DNA of 64,000 nt from Solirubrobacterales bacterium (GCA_038199185.1 JBBPZE010000060.1:5066-69065), one strand, 5' to 3'. Counted from the stretch's first letter, positions 47,117 to 57,588 are shown. Notes: generated by a model from the letters alone, not told the origin. Program-made: numbers and translations.

Positions 47117-48658
47117 ATGCTGGCGATAGCTGTCGCCGCGGTCCTCGCCGCGCTGTATCTGGTCCTCGATCCCCCCAGCGCGGACCTGGCCGCCCAGACC
47201 TACCGCGTCGGCCTGTTCGACCGCCAAGGCTTCGCCGTCTGGGACAACAACTGGTACGGCGGTCACCACCTCCCCGGGTACAGCGTGCTCTTTCCGCCGC
47301 TCGCGTCGCTTCTCGGGCTCCGCGTGGTCGCGGCGCTGAGCCTCGTCGCGGCCACGGCCGCGTTCGCCCACCTGGCGCAGCGCTGGTTCGAGGGGAGGGC
47401 GGCGACCGCGGCAGGGCTGTGGTTCGCAGCGGGCATGGCCGGCACGGTCATCAGCGGGCGGCTGGCCTTCGCGCTGGGCCTCGCCATCGCGACGGCCGCC
47501 CTCGCGGCGGTGGCGGCAGGGCGGCGGGGCTGGGGCGCCCTGCTCGGCATGCTCACGGCGTTGACCAGCCCGGTGGCGGCCCTGTTCCTGGCGGTGATCG
47601 CCATCGCCGCGGCGCTGCCCGCGCTCCGATCGGCCGCGATCCGCGGCGGGACTCACGGCGAACCGCAGCGCGATCCTCATGCGAGCGCGGCCGCAGCGGC
47701 CCTGGCCGGGGCCACGGTGACCGCCGCCGGGCTGGTGCTGGCCTTTCCGGAAGGCGGCACGGAGCCCTTCGCCGCATCCGCCTTCTGGCCGGCGCTCGTC
47801 GCCACGGCGATCGCAGCGGCGCTCGGCAGTCCAGCCGTGAGGACAGGGGCGCTGCTGTACGCGGCGCTGCTGGCCGCCGCGTTCGCCGTCCCCACACCGG
47901 TCGGCGGCAACGCCGCGCGCCTCGGCGCCCTGCTCGCCGGCCCGCTGGCGGCCGGACTCCTGTGGCACGGCCGTCGCGGGCTCCTGCTCCTGCTCTCGCT
48001 GCCCATGGCCTACTGGGTCCTCTATCCACCCATCCGCGACTGGAGCCAGGCCGCCGGAGATCCCGCGCGCCCCGCCGCCTACTACGAGCCACTGCTCGCC
48101 CGCCTGCGCGGACAGCCCGTCGGCCGCCTGGAGATCCCGTTCACGCAGGGCCACTGGGAGAGCGCCCGCGTCGCGCCGGTGATCCCGCTGGCGCGCGGCT
48201 GGGAGCGCCAGCTCGACCGCAGGCGCAACGCCCTGTTCTATGAGGGCACTCTGAGCCCCGCCCGCTACCGCGCATGGCTCGACGACAACGCGATCCGGTG
48301 GGTCGCGTTGCCCGACGCGCCGCTCGACCCTTCGGCACGGGCGGAGGCCGCGCTCATCCGCGGCGGCCTTCCCTACCTGCGCGAGGTCTGGCATTCCGAG
48401 CACTGGCGGCTGTTCGAGACCCGGCGGCCCACGCCGCTCGGGGCGATCGCGATCGGCACGGACTCGTTCACCACCCTCGGCGGCCTCGTGCGCATCCACT
48501 GGACCTCGTACTGGTCCATCACCAAGGGCCATGGATGCGTCCAGCACGCGGCGGGGGACTGGACCGACGTCGCGCCCGATCCCGCCGGCTCGCCCGTCCG
48601 CGTCGGCATCCGGGCGACACCGGATCGAGCCCTGTTCCGCGGCCGCCGCTGCCGCTAG
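47117..48658 (+). CDS. Polytopic membrane protein of unknown function, possibly a GT-C-like glycosyltransferase.
   Basis: MLAIAVAAVLAALYLV..., WDNNWYGGHHLPGYSVLFPP, and about 10 Ala/Leu-rich hydrophobic segments followed by a soluble C-terminus. Confidence 0.55.
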   Translation: MLAIAVAAVLAALYLVLDPPSADLAAQTYRVGLFDRQGFAVWDNNWYGGHHLPGYSVLFPPLASLLGLRVVAALSLVAATAAFAHLAQRWFEGRAATAAGLWFAAGMAGTVISGRLAFALGLAIATAALAAVAAGRRGWGALLGMLTALTSPVAALFLAVIAIAAALPALRSAAIRGGTHGEPQRDPHASAAAAALAGATVTAAGLVLAFPEGGTEPFAASAFWPALVATAIAAALGSPAVRTGALLYAALLAAAFAVPTPVGGNAARLGALLAGPLAAGLLWHGRRGLLLLLSLPMAYWVLYPPIRDWSQAAGDPARPAAYYEPLLARLRGQPVGRLEIPFTQGHWESARVAPVIPLARGWERQLDRRRNALFYEGTLSPARYRAWLDDNAIRWVALPDAPLDPSARAEAALIRGGLPYLREVWHSEHWRLFETRRPTPLGAIAIGTDSFTTLGGLVRIHWTSYWSITKGHGCVQHAAGDWTDVAPDPAGSPVRVGIRATPDRALFRGRRCR

Positions 48659-48714
48659 ACCAATGGCCGGTCATCCCGGCGTCCGGCCATAGGCTCTAGG
48701 ATCACACGGTTCAC

Positions 48715-49488
48715 ATGCACCGCGTCCGAGCACTCCAGGCGCGGCTGCTGCCTCACGGATGGTCCGATCTCGTGCGGCAGGTGCTGCTCTTCTTCCTGGC
48801 CTACAACGGCTACCGCCTGGTGCGGGGCCTGGCCGACGACCCCGGTGTCACCGCGGCGGCGTTCGACCACGCGCGCAACCTGATCGGGCTGGAGCGCGGG
48901 CTGCACATCTTCATCGAGCCCAGCGTGCAGGCCTGGGCCACTGGCACGCACTTCCTGGCCGATGTGGCGAGCTGGCTGTACATCAACGTGCAGACCTCGG
49001 TGACCCTGGGGGCGCTCGCGTTCCTGTACCTCTTCCACAACCGCAGCTTCTACTTCGTCCGCAACATGTTCATGGTCGCCATGGGCATCGCTCTGATCGG
49101 CTACACGGTCTACCCGACCGCCCCACCGCGCTTCCTGCCCGAGTGGGGCTTCACCGACTCCGTCTCGAGCTTCACCGGGGTGACGCACGACAACGTCACC
49201 GTCAACGCGCTGTTCAACCCCTACGCCGCAGTGCCGTCCATGCACGTGTGCTTCGCGCTGTTGATCGGGCTTCCGCTGTCGCGGCTCGTGTCCAATCGCG
49301 CCAGCCGGGTGTTCTGGACGATCTACCCGCTGCTCGTGGTGTTCGTGATCGTGGCCACCGGCAACCACTTCCTCTCCGACGCCTTCTTCGGCGCCTGCAC
49401 GGCCGGCCTGTCGGCCTACGCGGCCTCGTGGCTCGCGCGCGCCCGCCCCGCGGCGTGGGCCTTCAGCCGGTCACGCGTCACCGCCTGA
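48715..49488 (+). CDS. PAP2-superfamily membrane phosphatase / phosphotransferase.
   Basis: Multiple transmembrane segments, with AVPSMHV and TGNHFLSD motifs. Confidence 0.7.
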   Translation: MHRVRALQARLLPHGWSDLVRQVLLFFLAYNGYRLVRGLADDPGVTAAAFDHARNLIGLERGLHIFIEPSVQAWATGTHFLADVASWLYINVQTSVTLGALAFLYLFHNRSFYFVRNMFMVAMGIALIGYTVYPTAPPRFLPEWGFTDSVSSFTGVTHDNVTVNALFNPYAAVPSMHVCFALLIGLPLSRLVSNRASRVFWTIYPLLVVFVIVATGNHFLSDAFFGACTAGLSAYAASWLARARPAAWAFSRSRVTA

Positions 49489-50099
49489 TGGCGCGCCGCT
49501 CGGCCCCCGGCGAGCGTCGCGCGCTCGTCCGCGACGCCCTCATCGAGTCACGGCTGACGCCCAACGCGATCTCGATGACGGGCCTCGTCCTCAACGTCGC
49601 CGCGGCCGCGCTGGTGTGGCAGCGCTACTTCTTCCTCGGCGGCATCGCGTTCATCGTCGGCTCGATCATGGACACCCTCGACGGGCGCTACTCGAGGATG
49701 AGCGGCAAGGGCACCCAGTTCGGCGCCTTCCTGGACTCCTCACTGGACCGCATCGAGGAGGCGATCGTGCTCACCGCGGTGGCCGCCTACTTCGCCTCGC
49801 GCAGGATGGACGTGGCCGTCGCGGCCACGGCCGTGGCCATCGGCGCCTCGCTGCTGGTCTCCTACACACGGGCCCGCGCGGAGGCCCTCGGGGTCGAGTG
49901 CAAGGTCGGCATCGCGACCCGGGCCGTGCGCGTCGTGATCCTCTCCGTGGGACTGATCTTCGCCAAAGGTGCTTCACTGGGGGACTTCGAACTGCTCGAG
50001 CCGGCGGTCTACGTCCTGGCCGGGCTGAGCGTCGTCACCACCCTTCAGCGCATCATGCATGTCCGCTCCGCGCTCGCCGCGGGCGGCAGCGGTGTGTAA
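49488..50099 (+). CDS. CDP-alcohol phosphatidyltransferase, likely of the phosphatidylinositol-phosphate synthase type.
   Basis: DTLDGRYSRMSGKGTQFGAFLDSSLDRIEE fits D-x2-DG-x2-AR...G-x3-D-x3-D. The start overlaps the PAP2 stop (TGATG), and ino1 is adjacent. Confidence 0.8.
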   Translation: MARRSAPGERRALVRDALIESRLTPNAISMTGLVLNVAAAALVWQRYFFLGGIAFIVGSIMDTLDGRYSRMSGKGTQFGAFLDSSLDRIEEAIVLTAVAAYFASRRMDVAVAATAVAIGASLLVSYTRARAEALGVECKVGIATRAVRVVILSVGLIFAKGASLGDFELLEPAVYVLAGLSVVTTLQRIMHVRSALAAGGSGV

Positions 50100-50159
50100 C
50101 TCCCGAGGTCCGGGCCTGTAGGTCCACCAGACTTCTGAAACCGCAGAGGAGCATCCAAC

Positions 50160-51386
50160 TTGACTTCCAACGGCAACGGCGCGACCAACGGCGCAGCCGC
50201 TTCCTCATCCAACGGCGCCGGGCGGTATCAGCACGACAAGGTGCGCGTCGCGATCATCGGCGTGGGCAACTGCGCCAACTCGTTCGTCCAGGGCGTCCAT
50301 CACTACGCGAAGGCCGACGGGAGCGAGCCGGTGCCCGGCCTCATGCACGTCGATCTCGGGGGCTATCACGTCTCGGACATCGAGTTCACCTGCGCCTTCG
50401 ACATCAACAAGAAGAAGGTCGGCAAGGACCTCGCCCAGGCGATCTGGGCCGATCCCAACAACACGATCAGGTTCACCAACAAGGTCCCCAAGAAGCTCGG
50501 CGTCACCGTCCACCGCGGGATGACGCACGATGGCCTCGGCAAGTACCTCAAGGAGAAGATCGTCAAGGCTCCCGGGGAGACGGCCGACATCGTCAAGATC
50601 CTCAAGGACACCCGCACCGACGTCGTCGTCTCCTACCTGCCCGTGGGCTCAGAGGCGGCCACGAAGTGGTACGTCGAGAAGTGCCTCGAGGCCGGTGTGG
50701 GCTTCGTCAACTGCATTCCCGTGTTCATCGCCCGCGAGCCGTACTGGGACAACCGGTTCAAGAAGGCCGGGCTACCCATCGTCGGCGACGACATCAAGTC
50801 GCAGGTCGGCGCCACGATCGTCCACCGCACCCTCGCCCGTCTGATGCACGAGCGCGGCGTCAAGATGCTGCGCACCTCGCAGCTCAACGTCGGCGGCAAC
50901 ATGGACTTCTACAACATGCTCGAGCGTGAGCGCCTGGAGTCCAAGAAGATCTCCAAGACCAACGCGGTCACGTCGGTCATGGGCCACACGCTGCCCGACG
51001 ACGACGTCTACATCGGTCCCTCCGACTACGTGCCGTGGCTGACCGATCGCAAATGGGCGCACGTCCGGCTCGAGGGCCAGGCCTTCGGAGACGTCCCGCT
51101 CAACATGGAGCTCAAGCTCGAGGTCTGGGACTCCCCCAACTCGGCCGGCATCGTCATCGACGCGGTGCGCTGCTGCAAGCTGGCCCTCAACCACGGGCTG
51201 GGCGGGCAGATCGACGGCCCCAGCTCCTACCTGATGAAGTCGCCGCACAACCAGCGCCCCGACGACCAGGCGCGCGAGGCGACCGAGAAGTTCATCGCCA
51301 AGTACGGCGGCAAGACCGGACCCGGCACGCGCCCGAAGGGCCGCACCGCGCCCGCGCGCAAGCGCCCCTCGGCGGCCAAGGCCTAG
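50160..51386 (+). CDS. ino1: myo-Inositol-1-phosphate (inositol-3-phosphate) synthase.
   Basis: [38 protein letters not shown]. It has a basic C-terminal tail. Confidence 0.9.
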   Translation: MTSNGNGATNGAAASSSNGAGRYQHDKVRVAIIGVGNCANSFVQGVHHYAKADGSEPVPGLMHVDLGGYHVSDIEFTCAFDINKKKVGKDLAQAIWADPNNTIRFTNKVPKKLGVTVHRGMTHDGLGKYLKEKIVKAPGETADIVKILKDTRTDVVVSYLPVGSEAATKWYVEKCLEAGVGFVNCIPVFIAREPYWDNRFKKAGLPIVGDDIKSQVGATIVHRTLARLMHERGVKMLRTSQLNVGGNMDFYNMLERERLESKKISKTNAVTSVMGHTLPDDDVYIGPSDYVPWLTDRKWAHVRLEGQAFGDVPLNMELKLEVWDSPNSAGIVIDAVRCCKLALNHGLGGQIDGPSSYLMKSPHNQRPDDQAREATEKFIAKYGGKTGPGTRPKGRTAPARKRPSAAKA

Positions 51387-51417
51387 CCGGGGGTCCCGAG
51401 GTGGCGGCGGGCCTACC

Positions 51418-53292
51418 ATGCCCGCCGTGGCCCCGTTGACGATCGCGCAGGTCTCCCCCTATGAATGGGGCGCCGAGAACGAGGTCAACAACGCGATTGC
51501 ACGGACGTCCGACGAGCTCGCCCGGCGCGGACATCGCGTGGCGATCGTCGCCCCGTCCGGTTCGCAGACGGCCGTGCGCGAGACACGGCGGCGTCTACGC
51601 GACGGTCGCGTGTGGGGATCGGGGGGGCCGGAGGTGCTTGCCGTCTCGGAGGCCCTGGGACCCGGCCCCACCGCCCGCCGAGCGGCGCTTCCCGTCGATG
51701 TCGGGCGCACGATCGATTCGCTGTTCGAGGCCGTGTCGTTCGACGTCGTCCACGTGCACGAGCCATGGGCCCCCAGCGTGGCCAGCGCCGCGCTGCGCTC
51801 GTCGCCCTATCTCAACGTCGGGACCTTCCACGCGCCGACCGAACGCGTGGTTGCCACGCAGGTCGCCCGCAAGCTGGTCGGGCTCGTCTTCGGCCGCATC
51901 GACGCCCGCATCGCCAGCTTCGAGGCGACCGCGGAGCTGATGCGGCGATTCTTCCCCGGGGACTACCGCGTGGTCCTGCCCGGCGCCGACGCCGCGGGCC
52001 GTCGTGAGCCGGGGGAGCGCCCGAGGATCGTCTTCTTCGACGTGGAGGAACGTCGCGCGATGCGACTCTTCCTCCGCGCCCTGCGCCGGCTCGACGCGAA
52101 ACTGGACTGGGAGGCGACCGTCATCAGTGCCCGCGGCCCCTCGTCGTCGACCCCTCTGCGGGCCCAGCTGCGCGAGCGAATCGCCTTTGCCGAGAATGGG
52201 AGCGCGGAGGCGCTCGCCTCCGCCGACGTCGTCGTGGCCGCCAGCGACGGCGCAGCGCCCGTACCGGGCGTGATCGTCCGCGCCCTCTCCGCGGGGGCCG
52301 TGCCGCTGGCCGCCCGGCTGCCGGCCTACGAGGAGCTCGTCGACGGGCGCGGACTGCTCTTCGAGCCCGACGACAGTCAGGTCCTCGCCGCCCAGCTCGA
52401 ACGGCTCATCACCGACGACACGCTGCGAGGGCGGCTTCGCGCCGGAGGCGACGAGCTCCGAGCACGGCTGACCTGGAGCCGTATGACCGACGAGCTCGAG
52501 CGCGCCTACGCGGAGCTCGTCGCCCGGCGCCATTCGGATCAGGGTTCGGCGGCGGTCCGCTCCCGTCTGCGCCGGCGCAAGCTCATCGACGTCGACCTGC
52601 ACATGCACACCGACCACTCCCCCGACTGCGCGACACCCGTCGAGGTGCTGCTGGACACCGCCAGGGAGCAGGGACTCGGCGCGATCGCCGTCACCGACCA
52701 CAACGAGGTCTCGGGCGCGCTGGCCGCCGCCGAGATGGCCGCGCGCTTCGGCGTCAAGGTGATCGTCGCCGAGGAGGTCAAGACGGCCGAGCAGGGCGAG
52801 GTCATCGGCCTGTTCCTCTCCGAGAGGATCGCGCGGGGGATGACGCTGGCCGAGACCGTCGCGGAGATCAAGCGCCAGGGCGGACTCGTCTACGTGCCCC
52901 ACCCGTTCGACCGCATGCACGCGGTCCCCGACTACGAGCACCTGCTGACGATCCTCGACGACATCGACGCGATCGAGATCTACAACCCGCGCGTCGCGAT
53001 CGGCTCGTTCAACGAGGAGGCGGAGCGGTTCGCCCGCAAGTACCGGATCGTTGCGGGCGCGGGCAGCGACTCGCACGTCGCCCAGGGGCTGGGGTCGGTG
53101 CGCATCCGCATGCAGGACTTCGACGGGCCCGTGGAGTTCCTCGAGTCGCTGCGAGCCGCCGACATCATCACCAAGCCCTCGAGCCTGCTCTACGTCCAGG
53201 CCCTGAAATTCCTGGAGACCAAGGCCACTCCGGCCGGCGCGCGGGCCGCGCGCAAGCAGCGGCGCGTCCGCCGGGCCACCCGCAAGGCCTGA
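51418..53292 (+). CDS. Fusion protein: GT4 (PimA-like) glycosyltransferase plus a C-terminal PHP-domain phosphoesterase.
   Basis: The N-terminus reads IAQVSPYEWGAENEVNN...HVHEPW. The C-terminus reads IDVDLHMHTDHSPDC...AVTDHNEVSG...YVPHPFD...GSDSH. Confidence 0.8.
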   Translation: MPAVAPLTIAQVSPYEWGAENEVNNAIARTSDELARRGHRVAIVAPSGSQTAVRETRRRLRDGRVWGSGGPEVLAVSEALGPGPTARRAALPVDVGRTIDSLFEAVSFDVVHVHEPWAPSVASAALRSSPYLNVGTFHAPTERVVATQVARKLVGLVFGRIDARIASFEATAELMRRFFPGDYRVVLPGADAAGRREPGERPRIVFFDVEERRAMRLFLRALRRLDAKLDWEATVISARGPSSSTPLRAQLRERIAFAENGSAEALASADVVVAASDGAAPVPGVIVRALSAGAVPLAARLPAYEELVDGRGLLFEPDDSQVLAAQLERLITDDTLRGRLRAGGDELRARLTWSRMTDELERAYAELVARRHSDQGSAAVRSRLRRRKLIDVDLHMHTDHSPDCATPVEVLLDTAREQGLGAIAVTDHNEVSGALAAAEMAARFGVKVIVAEEVKTAEQGEVIGLFLSERIARGMTLAETVAEIKRQGGLVYVPHPFDRMHAVPDYEHLLTILDDIDAIEIYNPRVAIGSFNEEAERFARKYRIVAGAGSDSHVAQGLGSVRIRMQDFDGPVEFLESLRAADIITKPSSLLYVQALKFLETKATPAGARAARKQRRVRRATRKA

Positions 53293-53945
53293 TGCAGGGC
53301 GAGGGAGGCTCACCTCCACCGTCGAACCTCGTGGCACCCATGCCCGCGACCGACGACGAGATCCGCGAGAAGTACCTGGAACGCGCCATCCGGGAGATCA
53401 ACGCGCTGACCCGCGAGCTGCAGTCCTGCGATCTGTGCCCGCGCGGAAGCCGCGTGCCCGTCCTGGGATCCGGACATCCCCAGGCCGACATCCTGCTGCT
53501 CAAGTACGGGCCGCGTACCTCCGAGGTCGAGGAGGGCGTCGCGTTCTACGGACGCAGCGGGACCGCCCTCATGAAGTCGCTCAAGCGCCTGGGCATCGAT
53601 CCGCTGGCCGTCTACGGCACGCTGTGCGTGAAGTGCCCGGTGGCCGATCCGGCCCTGGCCGACCCCGGCTGCGTCGCTCGCCTGGCCGAGGAGTTCGCGA
53701 TCGTCCAACCACGGATGGTGGTCGTCATGGGCGAGGACGCGCTCGCCGTGCTCAACGACCTCGACCTCCCGCTCTCGCGACCGGTCGTCGGCACCCCGGG
53801 CGTGATCCAGACCCTCACCCCGTCGATGGAGGCGCTCGTCGTGGCCAACATCGACGACTCCCTCGACGAGGAGGCGGCCAAGCGCGAGTTCTGGTCGTCC
53901 TTCAAGGCCCTCGGCGAGTGGTACGCGGACCTGCCGCCCTGGTAG
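53292..53945 (+). CDS. Uracil-DNA glycosylase superfamily protein (family 4/5-like, with a divergent motif A).
   Basis: CDLCPRGSRVPVLGSGHPQADILLLKYGP...FYGRSGTALMKSL. ATG 53340 is an alternative start. Confidence 0.6.
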   Translation: MQGEGGSPPPSNLVAPMPATDDEIREKYLERAIREINALTRELQSCDLCPRGSRVPVLGSGHPQADILLLKYGPRTSEVEEGVAFYGRSGTALMKSLKRLGIDPLAVYGTLCVKCPVADPALADPGCVARLAEEFAIVQPRMVVVMGEDALAVLNDLDLPLSRPVVGTPGVIQTLTPSMEALVVANIDDSLDEEAAKREFWSSFKALGEWYADLPPW

Positions 53946-54628
53946 GCGCGAGCCTCCTCGCGCTGACCTACTTCCTCGCCGCGGGAGACCTACCGGACCT
54001 CGGCGGTGGCACCACCGCGGCGCTCGTGGCGGGTCTGGCCGGGGGCGGCCTGGTCGCGGCCGTCGTCCTGGGCGTCACCCACGCCGGCGACGCCATCCTT
54101 CCTCTCGTGCTGCTGCTCGCCGGGAGCGCCCTGCTCGTCGCCGGCATGGACGCGGCCGGAGCGGGCGCAAGCGTGACGACGTTCGAGGCCCTGGCCGCGG
54201 GCTCGTTCGGGGCTCTCCTGGGCCGAGCGCTGGCGGCACCCGCGGTGGCCCTGGCCATACCGGTGTTCGTCGCGGTCGTCGAGGTCTACAACGTCGCCGG
54301 CGGGGCGGGATCGCGGCTCTCGCACGGCGCGCCGCGGGGAGCGGCCGAGCTGACCTTCGACCTCCCGTCGTGGGGAGGGGTGCCCGGCGCGGCGTCTCGG
54401 CTCGGGATGACCGACGCGATCTTCCTGGCCATGTTCTCGGTCTGGGCGGCGCGCTTCGGCCTGCGCACCCGCGCGACAGCGATCGGCATGGCCCTGGGAC
54501 TCGTGTCGTCCGTGGTCCTCTCCGTCGCGCTGGACCGTGCGATCCCCGCCCTGCCGCTGATCGCCGTGGGCTACTGGCTGCCGAACCTCGACCGGTTCGG
54601 AGCGATGCTGCGCGGCGAGCGGGCGTGA
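53918..54628 (+). CDS. Hypothetical multi-pass membrane protein.
   Basis: Gly/Ala/Leu-rich hydrophobic segments. The start is uncertain: GTG 53918 or GTG 54026. Confidence 0.45.
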   Translation: MVRGPAALVGASLLALTYFLAAGDLPDLGGGTTAALVAGLAGGGLVAAVVLGVTHAGDAILPLVLLLAGSALLVAGMDAAGAGASVTTFEALAAGSFGALLGRALAAPAVALAIPVFVAVVEVYNVAGGAGSRLSHGAPRGAAELTFDLPSWGGVPGAASRLGMTDAIFLAMFSVWAARFGLRTRATAIGMALGLVSSVVLSVALDRAIPALPLIAVGYWLPNLDRFGAMLRGERA

Positions 54629-54631
54629 TCG

Positions 54632-55597
54632 TCACATCGTGAGGACTACCTTGCCGAGCTTTCCGCCGGCCGTGAAGCGCTCGTAGGCGCCGTCGACCTC
54701 CTCGAGCGGGAACGTCGCCGCGACCGGGACCCGGAGCCCGCCGGCCCCTGCCCCGCCTTCGGCTCCCGCTCCGAACAACGGCAGGACGTGGCGTTCCATC
54801 GCGCGCGCGGTGGCGGCCTTCTCCTCGAGCGGGCGGGCGCGCAGCGTCGACGCGCGCAGGCTGGCGCGCTTGCCCATCAGCGACAGCAGGTTGACCTCGG
54901 CCTGGAAGCCCGCCCCGACGCCGATGACCACGATCCGCCCGGCGGTGCCCACCGCCTTGAGGTTCTCCGGCATGTTGGGCGCGCCGACGAGCTCGAGGAT
55001 GACGTCGAACGGCCCGTGGGAGGCAAAGCCATCCGGTTCGACGACCTCGTGCGCGCCGAGCTGCGCGACGCCGTCGCGCAGGTCGCCGTTGCGCACGGTG
55101 GCCGTGACGTGCGCGCCGGCCGCCCGGCCCAGCTGGACCGCCGCGGTGCCCACACCGCCCGCGGCTCCGTGGACGAGCAGCCGCTCCCCGGCCCGGAGGG
55201 CGCACTGCGTGAAGACGGCGTCGTGCGCGGTCGTGAACACCTCGGGCAGGCCGCCGGCCGCCGGCCAGTCGAGGTCTTCCGGCACCGGCATCAGCTGGCG
55301 CTCGTGGACGACCGCGAGCTGCGCCTGGCCTCCGCCTCCGACGATCGCCATGACGCGATCGCCCTCGGCGAAGCGCGTGACCCCCGGGCCCAGCGCCGCG
55401 ACCTCGCCGGCGAGCTCGAGCCCCGGGATGTCCTCGGGTGAGCCGGGCGGAGCCGGGTAAGCCCCCTTGCGCTGCAGGATGTCGGCGCCGTTGAGACCGG
55501 CGGCGCGGACGCGGACGAGGATCTCGCCGGAGCCCGGCTGAGGATCGGGATGGTCTTCGACGAGGACCTCGCCGTCGCGGACGGTGGCTGCACGCAT
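54632..55597 (-). CDS. NAD(P)H:quinone oxidoreductase (MDR/zeta-crystallin family).
   Basis: GLNGADILQRKGAYP, HGAAGGVGTAAVQL. Confidence 0.85.
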   Translation of the reverse strand: MRAATVRDGEVLVEDHPDPQPGSGEILVRVRAAGLNGADILQRKGAYPAPPGSPEDIPGLELAGEVAALGPGVTRFAEGDRVMAIVGGGGQAQLAVVHERQLMPVPEDLDWPAAGGLPEVFTTAHDAVFTQCALRAGERLLVHGAAGGVGTAAVQLGRAAGAHVTATVRNGDLRDGVAQLGAHEVVEPDGFASHGPFDVILELVGAPNMPENLKAVGTAGRIVVIGVGAGFQAEVNLLSLMGKRASLRASTLRARPLEEKAATARAMERHVLPLFGAGAEGGAGAGGLRVPVAATFPLEEVDGAYERFTAGGKLGKVVLTM

Positions 55598-55659
55598 GCG
55601 CGGAGTCTGTCATCCGCGGGGCCGCATGCTGGAGCCGCTCAGCGCGGCTGGAACAACAG

Positions 55660-57030
55660 CTAGCCCGACACGCGCTCGAGCACCGCGACGCACTCCACGT
55701 GATGGGTCTGGGGGAACATGTCCACGGGGCGGACCCTGCGCAACGCGTAGCCCGCCTGGACGAGCTGCGCCGCGTTGGGCGCCAGCGTCGTGGGGTTGCA
55801 GGAGACGTAGACGATCCGCTTCGGGGCGGCCTCGATGATGCGGCGCACGATCTTCTGGGAGAGGCCGGCGCGCGGCGGATCGACGACGAGGACGTCGGGG
55901 CGCCCGGCGCGCGCCACCAGCTCGCGCATGGCCAGGCGCACGTCGCCCGCGAAGAACCGGGCATTGGAGATCTCGTTGGTCCGGACGTTGGCGATCGCGT
56001 CGGACACCGCCTCCTCGACGACCTCCACGCCCCAGACCTCCCCCGCACGGCCGGCGAGGGTCAGGCCGATCGTCCCGATCCCGCAGTACAGGTCGAACAC
56101 GCGGTCCCACCCGCGCAGGTCCGCGTACTCGGCGGCGACCGCGTAGAGCTGCTCGGCCATCTCCGTGTTGGTCTGAAAGAACGCGTCGGGGCTGATGGCG
56201 AAGCGCAGACCGCCGAGCTCCTCCTCCAGCGCCGGACCACCCGCGATGTGCTCGGTGTCACCGCCGGCCGTCGTCTCGGCCACCCCGGCCGCCTGGGTCC
56301 AGAAGACGCCTTCGGCCGGGACCGCCTCGGCGAAGGCCGCGCCGTCCAAGGACCCCGTGCTCGTCACCAACCGGATCTGGAGCTGGCCGGTCCGGCGCCC
56401 CTCGCGGATGATGAGGTTGCGCAGGAACCCCGTATGGTCGCGGCGGTCCCACGCCTGCAGGTTCTGCTCACGGCAGAACTCCAGCGCCGCACGGCGCGCC
56501 GCGTTGACGCGCTCCGAGACGAGCAGGCAGTCGCCGACGTCGACGATCCGCTCCCAGCTGCCGGGCGCGTGAAAGCCGCAGACGAGCTCTCCGCCGTCGC
56601 CGCTTCCGAACGAGAACTCGACCTTGTTGCGGTAGCGCCAGCGCTCGACCGCCGGCACGATCGGCTCCATGACGAACCCGTCGAGCTTGCCGATGCGGCG
56701 CAGGGCGTCCTCGACCTGCTCTGACTTGATCTCGAGCTGGCGCTCGTAGGGCAGGACCTGCCACGGCGCGCCCGGGTGATCGGCAAGAGGTGGGATGCGT
56801 TCGGAGCTCGGGGTCAGGATCGCGGCCACGCGCGCCTCGCCGTAGGCGCGCTTGCGCTTGGTGACGACCGCCCGCACGCGGTCGCCCGGCAGCGCGTCGC
56901 GCACGAAGAGCACGTAGCCGTCCACCCGCGCGACCCCCGCGCCGCCGTGCGCGAGCGAGTCGATCGTCACGTCGACCTCCGCGCCCATCTCCGGACGGGC
57001 GGCGGTGTGAGGATGGGTGGGCGTGGTCAT
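55660..57030 (-). CDS. TRAM-domain class I SAM-dependent RNA (uracil-5-)-methyltransferase (RlmD/TrmA family).
   Basis: FFQTN, DLYCGIGTIGL, VDPPRAG, YVSCNP. Confidence 0.8.
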   Translation of the reverse strand: MTTPTHPHTAARPEMGAEVDVTIDSLAHGGAGVARVDGYVLFVRDALPGDRVRAVVTKRKRAYGEARVAAILTPSSERIPPLADHPGAPWQVLPYERQLEIKSEQVEDALRRIGKLDGFVMEPIVPAVERWRYRNKVEFSFGSGDGGELVCGFHAPGSWERIVDVGDCLLVSERVNAARRAALEFCREQNLQAWDRRDHTGFLRNLIIREGRRTGQLQIRLVTSTGSLDGAAFAEAVPAEGVFWTQAAGVAETTAGGDTEHIAGGPALEEELGGLRFAISPDAFFQTNTEMAEQLYAVAAEYADLRGWDRVFDLYCGIGTIGLTLAGRAGEVWGVEVVEEAVSDAIANVRTNEISNARFFAGDVRLAMRELVARAGRPDVLVVDPPRAGLSQKIVRRIIEAAPKRIVYVSCNPTTLAPNAAQLVQAGYALRRVRPVDMFPQTHHVECVAVLERVSG

Positions 57031-57578
57031 CCCAGCGCGCGGTCGAGCGCGGTGAGGACCGACTTGCGGTTGGCGTTGCGCCGCTCGTGGTCGCGCACCT
57101 TTCGCAGCTCCGCGGCAGAGAGATCGGACAGCCGGTCGGCCACCTGCGCGGCGGTCAGCTCGTCGTAGCCCAGAATCGGGAACGCCGGGCCGATGCCCGC
57201 TGCCCGCCGTGCCCTGTCGACCTGGCGCACCAGCGCATCCGTGCTCTCCGAGGTGCGGCGGCGGCCCGTGCCGAGCAGCGCCTCGACGTCGGTGAGCATG
57301 TCCTGGGCCTGGCGGCGGCCGATCCCGATGAGGCTCGCGGTGAGCTCCTCGGCGTCCTCGCGGGTGATCCGACCGCGGCGGACGGCGTCCTCGAGCGTCT
57401 CGGTGATGCGCTCGCGAGTCAGGACGATCCCACGGCCCAGGGTCTCTCGCAGGACGGTCAGCGACTCGCGCAGCGTGGCATCGGCGCCGCTCGGCGCCGC
57501 GGGCGGCCTCGGGGACGCGGCCGTCGAAACGGGCGCGCGCCTGGTCGGCGAGGACCGCGACTTCCTGGGCTGCGGCAT
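57027..57578 (-). CDS. Phasin-like / lipid-droplet-associated-type protein.
   Basis: A basic N-terminus followed by ...ILGYDELTAAQVADRLSDLSAAELRKVRDHERRNANRKSVL. An ATGA overlap joins it to the downstream gene. Confidence 0.5.
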   Translation of the reverse strand: MPQPRKSRSSPTRRAPVSTAASPRPPAAPSGADATLRESLTVLRETLGRGIVLTRERITETLEDAVRRGRITREDAEELTASLIGIGRRQAQDMLTDVEALLGTGRRRTSESTDALVRQVDRARRAAGIGPAFPILGYDELTAAQVADRLSDLSAAELRKVRDHERRNANRKSVLTALDRALG

Positions 57579-57588
57579 GGCTGCGAGG

